Positions 57,250 to 64,000 of a stretch of DNA of 64,000 nt are shown piece by piece (the stretch's first letter is position 1; every line of letters begins with the position of its first letter). The notes beneath the pieces are model-generated. The model was not told the origin of the DNA, ran no database searches, and saw only the letters and a list, made by a program, of their open reading frames with translations. Both the position numbers and the translations under genes were made by a program. This DNA is from Octopus vulgaris (taxonomy: Eukaryota), in contig OX597823.1 in NCBI GenBank assembly GCA_951406725.2, positions 31,310,001 to 31,374,000 on the forward strand, given 5' to 3'.

Positions 57250-57556
57250 CAGATAGTAATGTATGTGCGTATAAGTCCGTATTTATGTATCTTTCACTAA
57301 GTGCGTTGCTGTTTATCCACAGATCAATCTTGATCAGGCAAACCTATAACCAAAACCTTTCTAACCGTGGCAGTCCTGTCTATTTTAGGAGTGTCTAGGT
57401 GTACATGATTTAACGTTCTCCCCATTCTTAAGACGGATACGGTGTACAAGCTTCCCTTTGTATGTACATGTACATACATATATACATACATACATACATA
57501 CATACATACATGCATACATGTACATACATACATACATACATACATACATACATACA

Positions 57557-57587
<31 letters not shown>

Positions 57588-57882
57588 TGTGTGCGTGTGT
57601 GTGTATGCATATCTACTTATCTAGCTATCTCTCTATTTATCTGGATTATGCATGTATATATATATATATCTCTGTGTGTGTGTGTACACACACACATATA
57701 GATGCATGTATGTGTGTGCATATATATATACACAAACACATGCATGCATATATATGTATATATATATACATACATACCTACTTACCTACCTATATCCATA
57801 CATATATACAAATATAATATATATACTTTATATATATATATTTATATATATATATGTATGTATATATATATATATATGTATA

Positions 57883-57937
<55 letters not shown>

Positions 57938-57969
57938 GTATGTAGTATATATATATATATATATATATA

Positions 57970-58162
57970 TAGTTAATCCAAACAAGAAAACACAAAAAAA
58001 ACACAACAGCGCGAGGACGTGGAACAAATATAGTATTATTGGACGCTCAGGAAAGAAGGGAAGAATGAGAATTTAACGTTTCGAGCGGAGCTCTTCGTCG
58101 GAAACATAGAAGGGAAGACAGAGGAAAAAAAATCGCCAACGGTACACACGAGGTCACATTTT
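57970..58162 (-). mobile_element. Short HHR-bearing element (family H2); motif at 58072-58104
   Basis: uuu CCGACGA a gagc-ucc-gcuc GAAA cg UU aaa; (TA)n on both sides. Confidence 0.7.
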
Positions 58163-58255
58163 ATATACATATATACACATACATATATACATATATACAT
58201 ATATATATGTATGTATATGCATGTATATATATACATACATACATACATACATACG

Positions 58256-58303
<48 letters not shown>

Positions 58304-58514
58304 TATCATGTAGTAGTGTGTTGTTTATACACACGTGTCTTGTATTGTGTGCGATGTATTGTGGCTATTTCTGTTTGTGTTGTTTCGCCCCGAGTCATCG
58401 CTGATCCTGCAGTTCAATAGCATGCATGAAGTCAGCTGAACGATAAAGAACGAGCCAGGAAGCAATTTCGTCAGTTATGCTTCATTTCACTTTAGCTGAG
58501 GACCATAGAAGTCA

Positions 58515-59150
58515 GTCGAACATGTGGTGAAAGCATGCTCAGGTTAGAGTGTGACAGTCTTCACATGTGGCACTATATCCACAACCCAATGTATTTCTGC
58601 GCATAATATACACTCTCACATGTAGTGCTGACATATTTGTGACAGTCTGGACATGTGGCTATATATCCATAGAGCAATCCATTTTTGTACCTGTCACACG
58701 CATACTGTATCCTCTCACATGTAGTGATGACACATAGGAGGTACAGCGTGACAGCCTGTCCATGTAGCACTATGTTCAGTCTATTTTTGCTCTATGTCAC
58801 ACACTGCACCTTCTCACATGTAGCGATGACATGTCGGACACCTACGTGACAATCTGGACATGAGACATCGTATCCACAGTCAATTCTATTTTATCATTTC
58901 TACTGGTAGTGTACATATCCACATGTAGTAATGACGTGAGTAGGGTGCAATGTGGCAATCTGCACGTGTAGCAATATATCCAATGTCCAATCTATTAATT
59001 TACTATTACAGAAAGTGCACACTTCATCATGTAGCGATGTAACAGTCTGGACAGAATGTACTTCCTCCACAGTCTAGTTTTCAGCTACAACTGATACTAC
59101 ATCCAACCACATGCAGTGATGACATGTAGGACCCACAGAGTGACAACAGA
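58515..59150. repeat. Degenerate ~100-bp tandem repeat (6-7 units)
   Basis: cacatgtagtgatgac recurs near 58617, 58716, 58815, 58920, 59027 and 59108, each followed by a gtgacagtctggacatg-like motif. Confidence 0.85.
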
Positions 59151-59235
59151 GACAGGTAGAATAGGTATGAAACATAAATACAATTCAACATTGCCGTAGT
59201 ACAATAACTGTAATTGGTAAAGGATAAAAGAATAC

Positions 59236-59295
<60 letters not shown>

Positions 59296-59403
59296 GTGAG
59301 TGTGTGTTGATAGGTAGAAAAATAGATAGATTGGTAGGTAGGTAGGTAGGTAGGTAGGTGGGTAGATAGATAGACAGAAAGACAGACAGACAGACAGACA
59401 GAC

Positions 59404-59556
<153 letters not shown>

Positions 59557-59559
59557 TTG

Positions 59560-60045
59560 TAATATTCAGAAAACTTCGAATGAATAAAGTGGAAAGACAA
59601 AATCGCAGACACTGAAGCACTCACCATTGCTAGTGTGACCAGCATCTACACCATCCTGGTGCAATCACTTCTTCGATGGACAGGTCATGTAGTTCATATG
59701 CAAGACTACTGGTTCCGAAAGAAACCTTTTGTATGGCGAACTTCAACAAGGCAAACGCTTCCAGGTAGGCCAGAGAAATCGCTTTAAAGACATTTTAAAG
59801 GCTTCTCAATAGGCCTTCAGCATCAGCCATCCCATATGTGAGCAGATGACGCAGAACAGATGCAAGGGCATGAAGACCTACGAAACCAACTGGATCATTC
59901 AGCTGAACAACGCAGACAGACCGGGAAAACCAGTTCCATCAAATTCCCAACCACTACCACCATCACTGTTTCTTGTTCACACTTGCAGAGAATCTTCCAG
60001 GTCCGACTTGGCCTGATCAGTCACCAACGCACCCATAAAGCCCAA
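59560..60045 (+). pseudogene. RTE-clade LINE 3' fragment
   Basis: IKWKDKIADTEAL..SIYTILVQSLLRWTGHVVHM..LYGELQQGKR..GQRNRFKDILKAS..CSHLQRIFQVRLGLISHQRTH. Confidence 0.88.
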
Positions 60046-60251
60046 CACCCCGGGTGTTAGTCGAACTAATCGGCCCCACAAATTAATCTTTGTAAGGCTA
60101 CAATTATTCCATCGGCTTTTTTGTCGAGCCACTAAGTAACGGGGACATAAACATACCAGCATCGGTTGTCAAGCGATGACGGGGGTGGGAACAAACACAA
60201 ACACACACATACCTAAATATATACATACATATATAGATATAAACATATATA

Positions 60252-61865
60252 TCTTCTATATATATATAACTGAGAATGTGTGTCTGTCTGTCTCTCTGTC
60301 TGTCTGTGTTTCCCTAAAACTTGAGAACTACACAACCAATTTCTTTCAAATTTTACACATGCCTTACTTAAAGTCCGGGGAGTGTCATCAGCAAAAAGAA
60401 ATGTTCAACTTCTTGCTTAGGGCGAGCCCATAGCAATATCATATCTTCTCCACTATTTCAGTATTACGTGTTAAAGTGAAACAAAAACATTTCTCTATTT
60501 TATGTCAGACACTTCCACTTTAACAATAAAAATTAGAGATAATAATAACAATTGAATTATATGTAGTAAGAAATAACTAAAATCAAACTAAAGTATAATA
60601 TAATAATTAAATCGTAACATAACAAAAGTAAAAATAGTAATTGGTATAAAATTGCATTAATGACTTGAACTTGAATAAGTGGTTTTACATGAATGGGAAT
60701 AAATTAAAAATAAAATTAGTGTGCAGAAATGGAATAGTCCAGATGGAGCTGTGCACATACCTTTTACCACGGCTTTTACATTAGATTATCTGCTAATTAG
60801 CGAGCATTAAGTATCTATATGAAGTTTGGCTGTATGTAATGTCTGTTTTCTCGAACAGCCGATTCTACTGAGTACTGCTGTTGGTTTATTTCTTATACAT
60901 AAAGGATTATAGCTTCAACTGCGTACTGCTTTTTGATTCACCGTAAGATTTGTTGTTATTATTATTACTGTTTAACTATTGTTATCACGTTTTTTGGTTC
61001 CTCGACGTTGTTGTGTTGCATTTCTTAAATAATTGTAAACCGTAACACCCCCCCCCCCCTTTGGGAGAAGGAGCTTTGGTTATTGTTTAAAAATTGAATT
61101 GTGTCCCTGTTTGGGGAAATTGACAATATTTTCACAGTTTATACGGAAGCATTTTGTTAAAATGCCTTCGATAGAAGAAAGTCCAAAAATGAATTTCGCT
61201 GCAGCCGTTGGCGGGCACAAACTCATTAAAATTAAAATAGAAGAAATACAAACCTATTTCGGATTGATCACCGACAAAGACGGTGAATCTAGGATAACAC
61301 CACCAAACGAAATAAAAAATTAAATTAAAGAAAAGACTATTGTCTATAAAGTATACAATGTAGAGGAAAAAAAAGATTTGAACACCCGGAGGAAAGCACC
61401 ATCGAAAGTGTCTTGGTGTGACTATGAAAGATATCAAGTATCTAACCAGAGGCAGTAAATTCGCTACAATAGAAGAGAGGTTAGAATCAACGGAGCGTGC
61501 AAGGTAGTACTCGACTCGAACCTTGCAAAGTGGAAATATTCTATTTTTACCTTTATATCTGGGACGTAGGACGTCCCAGTTAAAATTTAAAGTGTCCCCC
61601 CCAGAAGTAGAGGTAGGCTGGATTGTAACCACACTTCTATACGAAAGGGAGGACAGGATACAATTGATCGAAATTGCAAGAGACGGGCCTACAATTCCAG
61701 TCTGTTATATATTTTGAGCATTGTTATCGCTAGCGATATCAAGATATAACTTTGTATTTTGTATTTTATGTGTAGATGTATATATATATAGATGTACATG
61801 TAATATGTACACATATATATACACATATATACATGCACTTGCACTATGACCCGGCATAATGCTAG
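60252..61865 (+). mobile_element. Non-autonomous Helitron splitting a family-B SINE (60057-60240 and 61866-62016, minus)
   Basis: A|TCTTCTATATATATATAACTG + (GTCT)n start like the 14285 terminus; end ccggcataatgCTAG; the SINE halves are colinear on either side. Confidence 0.65.
61100..61700 (+). pseudogene. Decayed protein-coding fragment, probably non-LTR ORF1 N-terminus
   Basis: MNFAAAVGG..KTIVYKVYNV..IKYLTRGSKFATIE..YSTRTLQSGNILFLPLYLGRRTSQLKFKVSPPEVEVGWIV across stops/frameshifts; assignment by resemblance only. Confidence 0.45.
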
Positions 61866-62024
61866 CATAAATATATATATATATATACGACAGGCTTCTT
61901 CCGTCTATCAAATCGGCCTGAGGCTATAGCAGATGACAATTGCCCGAGGTACCACGCAATGAGACTGAGCCCGGAACCATGTGGTTGAGAAGCAAGCTTC
62001 TTACCGCACAGCCACAGATATTTA

Positions 62025-62225
62025 TTTCAAATTTTTGCACAAGGCCAGCAATTTGGGGCGGGGAGGACTAAGTCGATTACATCGACCCCAATGCTCAACT
62101 GGTATTTCATCGATCCCGAAAATATGAAAGGCAAATTCGACCTCGGTGGTATTTGAACTCAGAACGTAAAGACGGACGAAATGATTCGAAGCATTTTGCG
62201 CAGCGTGCTAACGGTTCAGCCAGCA
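62025..62225 (-). mobile_element. SINE family A
   Basis: gcacaaggccagcaattt..aagtcgattacatcgacccc..tttgaactcagaacgtaaagac. Confidence 0.85.
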
Positions 62226-62289
62226 GACTGACATTGTAATGTTGTAGATATTCTTTTCTAATCTAGGCACAAGGCCCCAGTGCGCAACT

Positions 62290-62331
<42 letters not shown>

Positions 62332-62352
62332 ATGGTGGTGGTGGTGGTGCTT

Positions 62353-62383
<31 letters not shown>

Positions 62384-62408
62384 AAGTGGTGGTGGTGGCG
62401 GTAGTAAT

Positions 62409-62439
<31 letters not shown>

Positions 62440-63132
62440 ATAGTAGTGGTAGTGGCGGTGGTGGTATTGGTGGCATCTGATGGCGTTTTGTGCATTGATG
62501 CCTGAGTCTGTATTTTTGTATCTCCCTCTGTTTCTCCCTCCCTTCCACACACACACACACACACACACATGTGTCTGTGTCTGTCTGTCTGTCTGTCTGT
62601 ATGTATGTATGTATGTATGTATATATGCATGTACGTGTGTTTATATATGCATGTGTGTGTGTGTGTGTCTGTATCGAAATTGCTATCTAGGCATAATGAA
62701 AATGCTAGTCACAACATTTGCTGCTGTTGTTCTAATTGTTGTTGTCGCCGTTGTTTACTGCGATATTCATCAGGAATTCTAACCACATGTAATCAATAAC
62801 AACAACAACAACAACAACAACAAACAAATGCAGTGTCAAAAAATCTTCGTTATGACAAAATCGTTGTGGTTGTTATTGTTTTAGTTGTTGTTGTGCTGTT
62901 GTGATTGTTGTTGTTGTTGTTGTTGTTGTTGATTTGTGATTGTTGCTGTTCCTGCACCTGCTGCTGCTGTTGCTGCTATAGCTTTTGTTGTCGTCATTGC
63001 TGCTACTGCTGTTGTTGACGACATCAAGTGATGTCGAAAATTCTTATCTTCAGTCAGACATTGCGTTGTTTACAGTGCAACGATCGACGATACACACACA
63101 CACACACACACACATACATACACACACACACG

Positions 63133-63170
<38 letters not shown>

Positions 63171-63347
63171 AACACATGCGTACGCAAACATAAATACAGT
63201 CACATGGGCATACACATATCCATACATAAATGGAAATATAACTACAAACATATACACACATACGCAGAGCATATGTGTATATGTATATATATATATATAT
63301 ACACGTGAATATGTGTATAGTACATACTGTCATATATATACATATAC

Positions 63348-63635
63348 ATATTTCATTTTTGTATTCGGTTTGCAAGATTCTTCATGTGAATTCGTGTGTT
63401 GAAGCAAATTTTGTTGTCTGGGGAGGATCATTCTGTTTTAATGCCTCATTAATTAACACATCGACCGGTTCGATTTCCACTCATTTACTTATTCATTTCT
63501 TCTAAAAGTTTCGTTGCTTCTTGCAACCTCTTCAATAGTTTAAATTTTAGAAAAAAATTTAGAAAATATAAGCGGAAATCGAACCGGTGGGTGGGTTCAT
63601 TAATAAGGCATTAAAACAGAATGACTCTCCCCATA
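63348..63635. mobile_element. Fold-back element (family H3); hammerhead-like motif at 63502-63538 (minus)
   Basis: cua UUGAAGA g guugc-aagaa-gcaac GAAA cuUU uag; arms ggggaggatcattctgttttaatgcc / ggcattaaaacagaatgactctcccc. Confidence 0.75.
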
Positions 63636-63775
63636 TGAACGTCTTCTATCTTTTCTCATTTCAAAGAAAATATTCGACCCAGCGTTTACTATTTTCCACC
63701 TCGTTCTGGAGATATATATATATATATATACACATATATATACCTGTATAGGTGCGTGTGTGTGCGTGTACGTGC

Positions 63776-63852
<77 letters not shown>

Positions 63853-64000
63853 TATACATATACATACATATATATATATATATCCAGTCTGACCACCTCT
63901 GCCCAGCCATCCCCATGATCGACCGCTAGCCACTAAACCTTTTTTTTTTTTTTTTTCTCACTCTCTCTGCTTATTTCCTCGTGTTCGTTTCTATTGAAGA

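Overview
AT-rich, microsatellite-saturated animal genomic DNA. The SINE families, (TA/CA/TACA/GATA)n density and retroelement content look like an octopus (coleoid cephalopod) genome; this is inferred, not verified. No intact host gene is recognisable, and nearly all listed ORFs are microsatellite artefacts. The window is a nested transposon landscape: (i) five Penelope-like element (PLE) RT/GIY-YIG relics, one nearly intact at 44.3-46.8 kb with a hammerhead ribozyme (HHR) in its 3' region; (ii) many short non-coding, often fold-back elements beside (TA)n tracts that carry minimal type I HHR motifs, including core variants that co-vary at positions 3/8 (C-G, G-C, U-A/U-G); (iii) one fold-back element that joins a tRNA-derived Pol III head to a PLE-type HHR tail (candidate PLE-mobilised SINE); (iv) three copies of a Tx1-like LINE, all in (GATA/TATC)n; (v) RTE LINE fragments, at least four tRNA-SINE families, hAT MITEs with 8-bp TSDs, and non-autonomous Helitrons. 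A few weak minus-strand exon candidates suggest the window may be mostly intronic. All alignments and folds were done by eye; boundaries are approximate unless a TSD or terminal motif is quoted.
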